In this document: positions 50,620 through 63,715 of the stretch, piece by piece
How the letters are laid out: each line of letters begins with the position of its first letter
Numbering within the stretch: position 1 is the first letter of the stretch
Assembly (NCBI GenBank): GCA_015680685.1
Contig: MNCI01002384.1
Span: 612,493 to 676,492, forward strand
Reading direction: 5' to 3'
DNA from: Gnetum montanum
Lineage: Eukaryota; Plantae; Gnetophyta
Length of the DNA stretch: 64,000 nucleotides
Program-made: the position numbers and the translations under genes
Notes under the pieces: generated by a model
Database searches by the model: none
What the model saw: only the letters and a program-made list of their open reading frames with translations
Told to the model about the DNA's origin: nothing

Positions 50620-53600
50620 ATTGGTAGGAGCAAGCACATGACCACCAAGAATATCCTCTCAACATTGTCTCTCGATGGACCATACGGGGAGGTAGAAAGA
50701 GCAATCAACCCAGAATCCTTGGATTTAAATCTGTCCACCTATACCAATTTAATTAGCCTCCACTCAAGAAACGTCATATTGGCCTAAAAACATGATCAAA
50801 ACTCTAGATCTAGAAGCTGATAATATCACTGAAGATCCTCTAGTTGAAATCCCCATTACCATGATCAATGGCGAAACTAGAACATTGAAATTAAGTGCCT
50901 TACTAAACTCGCAACTCGTAGGTGCCTTAAAAGAAAATATAAAAATGTTCGCATGGTCATATACAGACATGCCAGGACTAGACCCTCGAATCATCCAACA
51001 CAACATTATTCTTGATGAAAAAATTAAATCGGTGAAGCAAAATGCATGAAAAGTTAGACCCGAAGTGGCATTAGCAGTCCGTGCTAAAATCACAAAGCTC
51101 TACCAAGCCAGTTTCATCCGAGCCATCGATTATTCCGATTGGGTATCAAACATTGTTGTAGTTTCTAAAAAGAATGGTAGTATATGCATATGCATTGACT
51201 TCTGTGATCTCAATGTAGCCACTATAAAGGATGATTTCCCATTACCTAGCATTGATCAACTTATTGACACAACTGCTAGGAATGCACTATTGTCCTTCAT
51301 GGATGGATTTTTGGGCTATAATCAAATAAGAATCAATCAAGAACATCAACTTAGGACAACTTTTATGACACCTTTGGGCACATTCTGTTATACGATGATG
51401 CCATTTGGTCTTAAAGATGCAGGTGCCACATATCAGCGAGCAATGACATACATATTTAGTGATTACATGCTTGATTTGCTGAATGATTATGTTGATGATA
51501 TCATAGTCAAATCTAAAACAACTGAACAACATGCAAAAGATCTAGACTTAGTGCTTAAACATTGTCTCAAATATGACCTTAGACTCAACCCAAAGAAATG
51601 CATTTTTGATGTCAAAATGGGCAAAATGCTTGGTTTCCTCGTCTCTGAAACAGGGATACGGGTAGACCCCGATAAGGTTAAGGCAATAACCAATATGCAA
51701 CCATGAAGAAACTTCACCAAACTACATGGCCTCCAAGGTAGGCTACAATTCATCAGATGCTTTATCGAAATACTGATGGATAAATTGAGTCCCATGCAAC
51801 ATCTATTACGAAAGAATGTACATTTCCAATGGACTCAACAATGCCAGGAAGCGTTTGAGAACATAAAATAAGAGTTGGCTCAACTACCAACTATTTATCC
51901 TCCACAAAGTAATAAACCTTTCTACATCTACCTTGCAACTTCTGATTCCTCCATTGCATCGATGCTTTGTCAAAAATGTGAGGATGGAGTCAAAATCCTT
52001 GTATATTACCTGAGCCACGCAGTAATCGCCTATGAACAACGATACAATGATGTAGAACAATCATGCCTTGCCCTCATCTTCTCCTTGAAGAAATGGCAAC
52101 ATTATCTCTTCCGTAATCAGGTTTACATCATTTGTAAGGATAATGTTCTCCATGCCATCACTAATAACATCTATGAGTCGAATAGGTTAGCTAGGTGGAA
52201 AGCAATGATCGCAGAGTTTGACTTGCACTATCTCGCTCAATCTTTCACAAAAGGTCAAGCAATAGTCATGCAATTAACCATTTCACCGATGCATGATCAA
52301 ATGACAATAAACCCTAAATTCCCAGATGAGAATGTTAATAGTATAGACATTGTACCTGACAACTACAAGGCAATACTCTACTTCGATGGAGCTTCAACCT
52401 CTCGAGGAGGAAGTGTTGTAGCCATTTTAACATACCCCTCTCAAGAAATCCAACCCTTCGCCTACCGCTTAACCTTTCCTTGCACCAATAACATGGAAAA
52501 ATATGAAGGTCTTCTTAGAGGCCTTCAAATAGCATTAACTTCGGGAACCTCACGCCTTGTAGTTCGAGGGGATTCACAATTAGTCATTAATCAAGTCACT
52601 GAGGTCTATGCATGTAAGGCTTCCCATTTGCAACCGTACTATGATTTGACCAAACATTTGATGAGGCAACTAGTAGAAGTGGATATACGACATGTCCCTA
52701 GAAGCAAAAACACAATTACTGACGCACTCGCTACACTAGCCTTAAACATGACACCCAAAATGTTCCACGCATTGCCTAGCTCTATAACAAATTGTGTCGA
52801 ACCTATAATTAATGCTCTTGATGAAATGCCTATAGCATCTGTTAGTACAACACACGTGATGGAATGGTATGATGACATAAAAGAGTACCTTCTAAGAGGC
52901 GAACCTCCACAATACTTGACAAATGCTCAAAAGGACGTCGTATGGAAATGTTCATGGCAATATGCATTAATAGGAGACACCTTATGTCACAAATCTTACC
53001 AAGGTATTCTGCTAATGTGCGTTAGTAGCATTTATGGTCAAATGATCGTAGAACAAGTCCACGAAGGACTTTGTGGAGGGCATATAGCACCCAAAGCAAT
53101 GACAACAAAGATTAGGCGCTTAGGCTATTACTGGCCACACATGAAATATGATTGCATCTCCAAGGTTAGAGCATGTGAAATTTGCCAAAAGCATGGTAAT
53201 CTAATACATGTGCCACCTAACAATTTGCCAAAAATGGGGATTAGACTTAATCGGAACAATAACACCTTCATCCTCTGTAGGACATAGCTTCATTATCACC
53301 ACAACTGAATATTTCACAAAGTGGGTGGAAGCAATTCCCCTTAGGAAGACCACATCAAAACACATTTGCACTTTCATAATATAAAATATCGTGACTTGTT
53401 TTGGTATTCCAATGACCATCATTACTGACAATGGGCCACAGTTCAGGAGTGCAGATACTAAAAGCTTTTGTGAAAGCCTAGGCATTAAACATGCATTTTC
53501 ATCACCTTACTAGCCACAGAGCAATGGTCAAGCGGAGGCTACAAACAAAACTATCATCACTGTGCTCAGAAAGATGCTAAATAAGAGCAAGAAACGATGG

Positions 53601-54077
53601 CATGAACAATTGGTCTACGCATTATGGGCATACAGAACGACACATCACACATCTACAAGTAAAATGCCATATAGTCTTGTGTATGGATCTGAAGCTATTT
53701 TACCTTTAGAGTTGTAGGTTTCCTCATTGCGGATAGCTCTCTTCAGCCTCCTCGATGAAAGTCAAAACAATGAACTACGCATCGTTGACCTTGACTCGAT
53801 AGAGGAGGAACATGTGCGAACGCTCGATCAAATCGAATGGTCCCAGAAACAACAGCGGCAATGACACAAACATGATCTGCATAAGAGCCCGATCAAAGAA
53901 GGAGACTTAGTCCTTAAAGCCATATGTGAACACTCAGATAAATTCTCAGCCAACTAAGAAGGGCCTTACTTAGTCACCAAAGCGTACCATGACGGGGCAT
54001 TCAAACTGGTTGACATGGATGGGAACGAGTTCGCTAATCCTACAAATCACTTGTACCTGAAACGGTATTATGTTTGA
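50620..54077 (+). pseudogene. Element B pol: RT, RNase H, aRH, integrase with GPY motif
   Basis: YVDD, YLATSDS, YFDGAS...TNN..YEGL...GDSQLV, HEGLCGGH..CEICQ, TDNGPQF, SNGQAEATNK, EGPY. A few stops and frameshifts. Confidence 0.95.
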
Positions 54078-54096
54078 TAAACTTGAGGTACGTGCC

Positions 54097-54463
54097 AAGT
54101 CCTGGCATCATGACTTAAAACTGATACCATAGAAAAGTCCTGGCATCATGACTTAAAATTGATACCATAGAAAAGTCCTGGCATCATGACGTAAAACTGA
54201 TACCACAGATGGTCCTAGAGTCATGACGATAAACTGACAACATAGAGCTTTGTCTAGTATGACACTAAACTACCACATCTATCTGCCATGATGTGAAACT
54301 AGCATCTAGAGTCCACTAAGACTATAAACTGGTGTACCTCTTTACAATCCGCTATGACTATAAACTAGTAATGCACCGTTCGCTACGATGCTAAACTAGT
54401 GCTGTCCAAGGGGTTAGGACGTGAAACTAACCTGCAATAGTCTGCTAAGACTATAAACTGGTG
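54097..54463 (+). repeat. 11-unit array of covarying pseudoknot-like motifs after the pol stop
   Basis: Conserved GAC..AAAC core with variable but mutually complementary flanks. Confidence 0.85.
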
Positions 54464-55646
54464 ACATCATCGACAACTAGGCAAAAACTTAAAAAGATGT
54501 GTTGCTACAATTGGATGTACATGTTCCACAAAGACTTGCTACATGATTTGTCTCATGGACACTAATGAAGCTGATGTTGTTCATAATTCTGTTTGCTTTG
54601 AAAATTGCATGTGGTGACTCCATCTCCTTGTTTAAAGTGCTTAGCTAACTATTTCATTTGTGGTTTTCTTATCTTCTTAGAGTTGTGTTTGCAGGATGAC
54701 ACTCTTGAGGCATTCGTGCATAGATACACTTGATCGTGATGACAAGGTATCACATTCTTCCTGATGCATGTAACTGGGTTAATCGATCCATTCATAAGTA
54801 CATTCCCAACTCCTGATACATTCCCTATTTCCTATCATGCCCCTTTATCCTATTCAATTACATCCCCTAGATACATTATCTCCTACTCACCTCAAAACCC
54901 TTGATACACTATTGCACACTGTAACTCCCTAAGCAATTGCAATGCAAAACACAGTACATAGTACATGATGCAAAATGCAAGCACTCAAACACGAGCATGA
55001 CACAAAAAAGCAAGCTATTTCAATAAGACCGAGAAAAGAAAAAACAAAGGAAAAGACAAAAACAAACAAAAAAAAAGAACAAAAAGGTCAAAAGAGAAAA
55101 ATGCACGGAAAAGGTCTTCATGACCCTATTGACATCATAAACAAAAGACTATTGGCTATTCTCATACAAGCCTCAGGTGAGAAGGCAATTGTGTTGGAAA
55201 ATAGTTACACTCATGTCTCAAAGAGACCATGTTGCACATCATTGTGTGGCTTTGGCTATTTACAATAGGCCCCACAAATACTTTATAAGAGTCCTATTTC
55301 TCCAAAGAATGCACCTCCTATGTCTTTGTTCCAAGTTTCCTGAAAACCCGGCTATTGACAAGGACCAATGACATAACTTGTTCATGCGAGAGCATTCCTC
55401 TCACATAATTCCAACAGCAATTATCACCCTTGACCAACTCCTAGCTTCCCCCTGGTTACAACCAATCCCCTCCCCTTGCATCTCAAATTGCATTTCCCTG
55501 ATCCCATGTACTTTTGGACACAGTGCGATGACATCCAGCCAAGGGCCAACGGACAATGCTTGGTACTTAATTTTTCATGGTGTTTTGCACTTCTTCATCG
55601 ACGACTCTCAGGTGGATTCCTCTAGACATCAATAAAGAGAGGCCAA

Positions 55647-57166
55647 TGAAACACCACTAATTTTGGCCTAGCACTTTGAAATGAAAACAAATCAAGCCCT
55701 TTCGAAGTTCTAGGAGGTAAAATTTGGCTAAGGCATTGAGATCACACCCAGCCTACCCAAGGCAGTTTGCTCACCCTCAGTGTGAACAACTCCAAGCAGC
55801 ATCAAAATCAAGTCAAAGGTGGAGGTCAATTGTTCAAAGTTCAAGATTCCAGCATTTAGTGTTCAACATTTAGCATTCGGTGTCAGGTTTTAGCAGGTCA
55901 TGCTGTGGTCACACTGTAGCATGAGCCCAGCGTGACCTACATAAAGTAGTCCAGAACAAGTCACATCCAAGCTCAAATTCCCATATTTCAGATCACACAT
56001 AGTCAGGCAGTAGTTGTACCAAGAAACAAGCTTCAAAAAATTGAAAATTTGGTGTCAAAAATTGCATTTCACCTCACTCACGCTAAGGTCATGCTGAGGA
56101 CACGCCCAGTGTGACTGCCCAGCATGAGTGCAGCATGACTACCGGTCACGCTCAAACAAAGGCACTCCAAATGCACGCTAAAGACACACTAAAGCCTAGA
56201 CAAGTCACGCTGGGAGCCCTGGTAGAATAGAGATGCCTCGAACAGCCTTGAATCGACATCTCGACATCCAGCAATCGATCCATGGTCAAGTGGGCAGGGA
56301 TCAAATTTTCTTGTCGTACATCTTTACTTATGGGCTTGTTGAGCCCTCATGGTCTAAATTGTATGTACTCCCATGGGCTTGAGTAACCCACAAGTTGTAA
56401 GATGCAATGTACCTAGTCAAAAACATAGCTTGCCCACACATGACCAACTCATACACGGCTATCCATTGAACACATGTCACTTGATCCGTTTTCCTGTTAA
56501 ATCCCAACTATTGATTCCATTCTGAAATTCTGCACTCGAGCCTAGCCCAGCCCTATAAATACCCTGTCAATTCACATAAACCATAGGTTAGCAATTGGAG
56601 ACATTGGAAATTTTGAGAACATACAGCAAACTAGAAATCCTTGGGTGCTCCGCACACTTAACCCCTGGCATCCAAGTACTACTCACATACATCACATCAC
56701 ATCATCACATCATCGTGTCACATCACCCCGGGGCTAGGCGTTTGACCTACCATCCACATGTGTAGCTACGCTTTGACTGGTGCACATCTTTTCTAAGCAA
56801 TACAATATAGTTTGTTTTGCCAACCATTATTTTTGTTTACTCTGTTTTATATTTAGTTTACATTTTGGTTGCATTCTACTTACATTCTGTTTACGTTTCA
56901 TTTGCAATACACTACATGTATTTCTGTTTACATTTTATGTGCATTGTTCACGTTTTAAGACATTAGTTACGGTAACCCCAGCGTAAGCCATAGTTTATGC
57001 TTGGGGAAGTCCTTGGTTGATTTATATGCAAACCATCCAAGGCACTCTACCTTCATTCCCTTTTCTAGCTTACCCTCAAGCGAAGGTAAGGTCAGCTGTG
57101 CCTGCTCGATGATCTTTCGGTGTCTATTTTCCTTCCAGCCTTACATCGATGATTTAGGTTAGTACA
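55647..57166 (+). mobile_element. Element B 3' LTR
   Basis: TG start after the PPT, TATAAATA at 56554, and a CA end where the element C reading frame resumes. Confidence 0.8.
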
Positions 57167-60139
57167 GAGGTCATGATTAGGTTATAGAGGCTCAACATTA
57201 TGTTAGTTTTCTTTAACACTTACTTAACCTAGGCTAATGCAGCCACAAAGTCTTTTCCATAAATTGTGTTTTTACTGGATTTGACTTCTTCCATACACCC
57301 TAAGAGATGAATTTCAAGATGAGGTGACTTGGGCTTTGTTGGCTTGGCCAATGTAGGGGCCTTGGTGCTTGGTTGCGTGTTGCTGATGGTGGCCTCCTCA
57401 GTTGTTTTGGCCATAGGGATAGCAGATAGGGGTACTAGCTTTGGTGGACCTAGCACCTTTTTCTCTTGATGTTGGCTAATCATTCTATCTACAAGATGCT
57501 CATTGGGCCTTCCAGGTTGCCACCTAGAGGGTTTGTTAATGTTGCCAGTAGGATTGGCTCTTAGATGGAAAGGGACTGATACGTTGCCCACTACTAAACT
57601 ATGGGTAGGTGAGGAGTTAGTATGTTGTGGCACCCTAATGACAAAGGATGGTTGAACTATTATTGTTGCGACATGCTGTGGAACCCTAACCACAAAGGTA
57701 GTTGTAGGTGCTTGAGGTGACACTCTAATGATGAAAGGGGGACTTGAACCCATAGGGGCTACATAGGCCCTTGCACTACTAGAGGGTATAAGGACCACGA
57801 ATGGCCATTGCATCAGTTCTAGGTAGTGTTGATGACATAGTTGACATCTTCTACATTTAGAGGGTCCTTGTACACCCTCATAAATTGGTTCTAAGGCCTA
57901 ATTGGGTTAGTCGCATCAATTACTAACTCTCCTTTATTAATCATTCTTTAAAGGTCATCCTGTAGGGCTATACAAAAATCAATATTGTTACGAGGCAACT
58001 GGTGGTAGTGGTAGAATTGATCTAGCCTAAAGCGTTTTGCTATTGGGGGCTCATTTGGGGCTGCCGATGTGGGATTCCTTAGGAGCTAGCAATATTTATC
58101 ATGTCTTTTGTGAGCATCATTGGACATCTACTTGTACTAGATACGTCCAACCTTCAACAGTTGGTCCAATAGTTCTAAAGGTTTTAACAATAGCGAGGTG
58201 TACTTGGAGTGATCCTTCTCCTCAAAATTTGGCCTTGGAGTAGCTTGCACTATGGCCATCAATGACATGAGCTCGTTAGTTGCTATAGTGCTAGGGCTAG
58301 CAATTTTGTTGTTAGCCAAGATCTTAGGTGGCCTGGCTGTTGGCCTTAGGTTGGTTGTTTTAGCCTCTTTGGCCACAGTTGCCATGGTTATAGTTTGCTT
58401 GCCCTTATCCTTGTCTTTTTTTGGCATGCAAGTTTTTGTAGGCCATGTAGGTTGGGTACTTACTAGCTTCTGCTACATCTTGTATGCTCTTGGTCTAGGC
58501 AAAGGCTTGGCTTAGAGACTAAGGGGCTAGGTAGTAGAGTTTTAACTTTATGAAGTCATTGACTACACCCTTAAATATGGCTAGGAGGTGCATCTTGGCT
58601 ATTGGCTCTCAAATTTCATTCAATGAGGTGCTCCAGCATTGGATGAATTTTTGCATGGGCTTTAGATAGCCCTACTTGATCTACATCAATTGGTCTAGGG
58701 TCATTTCTAGCTTCAAGTTGTACTTGTAGTGCATCACGAATTGGCTCAAAAGATCCTTCAAAGAGGAGATAGAGCCCCTAGGTAATGCATGGTACTAGTC
58801 TAGCACCTTACCAATGAGTGACATGGTAAACACATGTATGATGGCCTATTGCCATGGTTGCAATAGTAGGTGCTTGAACCTAAACATCACTAGATGCATG
58901 TTGGGGTCTCCTTCACCATTATACTTGGTGAATCAGGATAGTAGGATCCTAGTTGGAAAAGTTAGTGGTGGGATAGTAGGACTTATGGGGTCATCCTAGT
59001 AGAAGTCCACTACTTTAACTATTTTAGAGGAGGTGGCCTTGAGCCACTTCACCTCTTCTATCAAGGTTTAGATAAGTTAGAATGCCTAATCTAAGTTTTG
59101 GGATATTGTAATGGGCTACACTAGTTGTGCTACTCGCTATGTTGGTTGTATGGTCCATGACCTAGTTGTAGGTTGTGAGACCACATGAGGTGCTTGCTAC
59201 ATTGGCTGTGTTATGGGCACAATGACTAGGAAAAGCCACGTGTGTATGGGTTGGAGCACTATTGAAGATGCTAATGAAATAGGTATAATCTATGATGCCT
59301 AAGTCATTTGGGGTTGGGAGACATGCACTGTGTCAACATAAGGTTGAGCGGGCATGATTGGTACTAGTAGAGATGAATGGGTAGCTTGTGACAATGCCAC
59401 GAAGGGCAAGTTAATAGGAGGTACTACATCATGAGGTGTATGCTACATCTGGTGTGTCACTACCACAAGCGTTGACCTGGAAGGTGATGTCAGGGCTATG
59501 ACTATCTCAAGAAAGACAAGTCAATGCTACTACAAGAGGGCCATACTAGGGTTGTCCACTAAAAGATGGTGTGAAAGGAGTCCTCATGCTCGAAATGAGC
59601 TTCAAACACATCCTCTTCTTCCTATAGGGGCTCCTCATAGTTTGTTCCTAATTTGCAGTCATTTGCTTGAACGAGTTGAGAAAGTATCTAATGGTAGGGT
59701 TCTGTGAGAGGGATGAAGTCAATGGAGGAGGGGATATAATTCCATTTATTTTGGTGAATAAGCTCATAGCCCCCTTTCGCTTTCATGTCCAAGAAGTCTA
59801 TGAATATCCCTACTTAGATCTTTGTGGATATGAAGTTATATTGTTCATCCTTTAGCATGGTATACTCTGGGTTTTGGCCATGCAACCTATGGGATTGCCT
59901 TGGCTTTGCCATAGTAGGATTGGTAGGGTGGTCAATCCTTTCTTGGTTGGTGGGCAAGATAGCAAGTGTGCTTAAGACTGATGTCAAAGGTTGTTCAAAA
60001 TTCATGTGTGTGAATTAATTTGCAAGAGGGGATCGCAGGGGTTGCTAGCTATGAAAAATGGCTAACTTTGTTGGTTGCAGAAAATGGCTAACTTTGGTAA
60101 CCACAAAGAATGGATAACTTTGGTTGTGGCTATGTTCTC
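57167..60139 (-). mobile_element. Tat-type element C, degenerate gag region
   Basis: PTNPTM..RQSHRLHGQNPE...YNFISTKI, FTKYNGEGDPNMHL and FYHYHQ knuckle, all homologous to A, B and D. Confidence 0.85.
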
Positions 60140-62181
60140 TGTTGGTGACCGTTTGGGATGCGACTGCCAACGAGTGTCCTCGAACAAGATTTAGGTGCTT
60201 GCTGGTCTCTGGCAACACCAAGGCCCAGATACCTCCAAATAGACTTAGTAGTTAATGTGAGTATGTGTGTGTGTTGTTGCGGTGTGCGATTATGAAAAAT
60301 GAAACGATTGCATTGTGTGTAAACTATAATGACTTATCTTAAAGAGATTCAGCCAACTTTGCCAAGTACTATGAGTTGTTGAGAGTTCCTATTTTTTTCA
60401 ATTACCTAGTCTATGCGGTCCTTATAATACCTACTTGTAACAAAAAAAGTTTTGCAAAAACATTTGAGCACAACTCTACGAATCTACTTCTAATTTTCCC
60501 TAGAGAAAGAGATAGTTCTACAAGAAAACTAGAAATAGAGCGAGATTCAATGGAAATAGACAAATTTGTGTAAAGGTCTAAAATGTTGAAACAAGGTAAA
60601 ATGATATGAGTAAACACTTCACAATAAAGCTATCCCAAATTCAATAACTACGAATTGTTCAAACTTCCAAGGCTCAAATAATCAATTTCTTCAAGACAAT
60701 CCTACTATGCTACCAAAAAATTACTGCATAAACTATCATGTACAAGACTCCATTTTGCCTAGATAATGGATGTCAACAATTGCATTCAACAGAACCTTCA
60801 AAAGACTTGACAATTTCTGATTGAATACCACGGAGATTCACTTTAAAGATAAAAGAAGCTATTCTGGTCCCATCAAAATACCAAAGATTTTCTAAACCCT
60901 CTTGACTATTGAATCATTCAATGGCTTGATTACATGTAGAGGCTCTCTTACAACAATCTCAATAGCGGTTCTTATACATTGCACAATAATAAAATTCACT
61001 ACTAAAATGCTCTTAAGGATTTCAAACACAAGCTCTTCTATGAAAAAATTTTAATAGAAATTTTCTATCATGCAACAAGAACAATAAGAGCAATCTAAAA
61101 ATCCCAAAATTACTTGCCAAGCATGATACTATCTAAACCACTAGCTAAAAAATTTGAACAAAATAAAAAATAATAAGCATAACTCACAGGACTATGACAA
61201 AGAGGCAGAAATGTTGTCTTTAACAAGTCATCTTACAAGCAATCCTTCACAATGTCTTCTTTACAAATGCTCCTTCCAAGAGTGTTGTGTTTCCCTTCTA
61301 ATCCCTGAAGCTTTTTTATAGGGTTCAAAAGGTAGTTAGATATTCCAAAATATCTTGGCTAACTTCTCTCCCAAGTAAGGAAGTTATAACTTGCCCAACT
61401 AGTTAGGAGATATTTCTTGCCAATCTAGTTAGGAAGTTATAACTTAGGAGAAAATCATGCTAACATTGGCATGTGTAAATATTACAAATATTTTATAAGC
61501 AACAACCTATATAATAATTTTTTTAAAAATAAATCCAAGATCTCCAGATTATAAGAGCTTCATATAATTGTTATTTTATTTTTATTTTAGGATTTTAATT
61601 ATCCACCATGTATAAAGCCTTAGTAATTCAATTGGGATAATTAAATTAATGCTAGATATTTAACAAGGGCTCCATACCATTATTGCATGTGAGAAATTGC
61701 TGAAATTATTTTTAGCCACCGGGCCATATGAAATTGTAATTTTATTTTGTGACTTCAATTCCATGCGTTCGGGTTTTGCACTTGTCTTTAGCGATGACGG
61801 TTTCTTTCAAATAAACTGTAACCCTGATTCATCGACATTGGCTAAATAATCTCCTAGTTTCGCTGATTCAGTTGTGCACCTATCTTGCTGTGTCTTCGTG
61901 TCTCTGTGACTGCACTTGATGGACTGGAAATGGCGATGACGAATGCATTGACATCGGGCACTGCTGCTATTTTTGGTAAGGTTGTTGTGTGTTCCATAAA
62001 AAAACTACGGTTGTTGTAACCTTTTCCACCGTGCTGCCTGTATGATTTTTGAAAGCATCTATCATCTCTTGCAACACCTGTTTCCATCTGGTCATTGAAA
62101 CTACCTTTGATGAATTGATCTTGGTGAATAAACGTAAGATGAGAGATGAAATCCCTACTCAAATGCTTGCTGAATAATTGN

Positions 62182-62802
62182 GTGCTGGTAATAAGGGTAC
62201 CGCCATACCAATTTACACGGATCAACAATTCTAACAGCTGAGGGCTATCAAACAGGATACTANCGTTCATTTTATTTGCCGAACCTGAGGCCAGGTACGG
62301 GTCTGACGTAATTGTAGAGGGGCCAATACTTTCTCTTCCTTTAAATCAAATGTTTCAATAGACATCAAATTCTCTAATTCTGATCTTTTCATATGAATTT
62401 TCACGTGAGAGCAGCTGCATCGCCTACATAAAATGAAGCTTCTGTAGGAGAATAGTGTATTCCGCTGGAACTTTCGGGAAGCTTTTGCAGGAGATCAATT
62501 TTCACTGATTTACAGCAATGTGTTGAGGCTCGTATTTTCCACAGAAGCTCAAGAAGGTCCTTAACAGCATGCATCCAATGGTAAGGAGTAGGCGAAAGTG
62601 GCAAAGTGACAACATGAGAAACATCTAAAGAAGCAGTGGGCGATTAGGGCGTGGCAAAGAAAAGTGAAGGCCACGGCTGGGGTTTTGTGCTTGGAGGCTG
62701 CTAAAACCCAGATTTTGCAACTAGTATCCTGTTTGATAGCCCTCAGCTGTTAGAATTGTTGATCCGTGTAAATTGGTATGGCGGTACCCTTATTACCAGC
62801 AC
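62182..62802. repeat. 81-bp perfect inverted repeat (62182-62262 / 62722-62802)
   Basis: Exact reverse complements. The left arm is bracketed by single Ns at 62181 and 62263. Confidence 0.75.
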
Positions 62803-63280
62803 GACCTGGACTTCCAGATTGATGCACAAAAATCTCTGATGTACTCGGCATCTCATAATGTATGATCAAACCCACCTTCGGAATGTCCAGTCCACGAGCA
62901 GCAACATCTGTTGCAATTAACACATTGAAGCGACTGGCTCTGAAACCATTCGGCGTTCTCTCTTACTGGTTCTGTGAAATATTCGCATGCAATGCTTAAC
63001 ACTAGAGAATGCCTTGCAAAGACCTTGATTAGTTATCGACATCTCTCTTTGTTTGGGTGAAGACTATGCATTTTACTCCCTTGGCTTGCTCAATAATCAG
63101 TGTACTCACAATCGAACATTTGCCACACACAGATGCCGCAATTGAGTAGAGAGGGATTGTGTCTGCTAGCCTTAAGGTTTCTTCACCAACAAGATCAATA
63201 ACCATAGGACTTTTAAAATATTTTCTAGAGAGCTTTTACATCTAGGGTAGCATTGTAGTAGAGAAAAGCATGTCCTAGCA
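62712..63280 (-). pseudogene. Captured intronless fragment of a DEAD-box RNA helicase (RH9/RH53, PMH-like)
   Basis: MLFSTT..KYFKSPMVIDLVGE..LAD.I.LYSI...KCIVFTQTKRD...[38 protein letters not shown]...[12 protein letters not shown]. Several stops. Confidence 0.9.
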
Positions 63281-63499
63281 CTCTTTTCCAGTTTTACCCC
63301 ATGTATTTTCATAACCACCAACAACATCAACCTCAGATTTTTTTTTTAATTTGAGACTTTTCTAGTGGTTTTTCCCAGCATTATTCATATTTTTCCAGTG
63401 GCTTCACAACATATTGGTTTTTTTATGCAGTTGTTTTACAAATTGCCTTTTGCCAGTATCTACTTTTGCTATTCCATGAAATGGTCAAATGTGCCAACA

Positions 63500-63512
63500 T
63501 TTCTGCCCCCTT
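63500..63512 (-). promoter_or_regulatory. Polypurine tract
   Basis: aagggggcagaaa immediately precedes TGTTGGCAC on the minus strand. Confidence 0.8.
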
Positions 63513-63715
63513 AAAAGCTTAAAGAAATTTATGTAGGCCCATTTTAAAACTGAAACATACTCAAAATTTTATTGAATTTTTACAGCTGAACAAAAATATT
63601 TTTGGAGGAAAATTCCCATCAAACATAAGGTTTGATGGTATAAAAATCTCATTCCTAAGAAAAACAACAAACTGTACATCAGCAAGTCCTTCATGGACTA
63701 TTCTAGAGATGGGAA

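Larger units (their letters stand above)
42529..57166 (+). mobile_element. Tat-type Ty3/gypsy element B (5' part missing)
   Basis: gag-pro, antisense gene, pol, PPT at 55634-55646, and 3' LTR 55647-57166. Confidence 0.9.
60140..63499 (-). mobile_element. Cargo-carrying LTR, copy 3 (3360 bp): 3' LTR of an element continuing beyond the window
   Basis: 60140-61440 aligns with 23768-25140. Same terminus. Minus-strand PPT aagggggcagaaa directly abuts it (63500-63512). Confidence 0.92.

Noticed and set aside
50620-50630. ggtag|gag as the acceptor for the 44302 donor
   Set aside because: The join is out of phase with the pol frame and reaches a stop within four codons.
54097-54463. CRISPR array or hammerhead ribozymes
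   Set aside because: The context is a eukaryotic TE with no cas genes, and the variable parts are self-complementary stems. No CUGANGA core accompanies the GAAAC-like motif.
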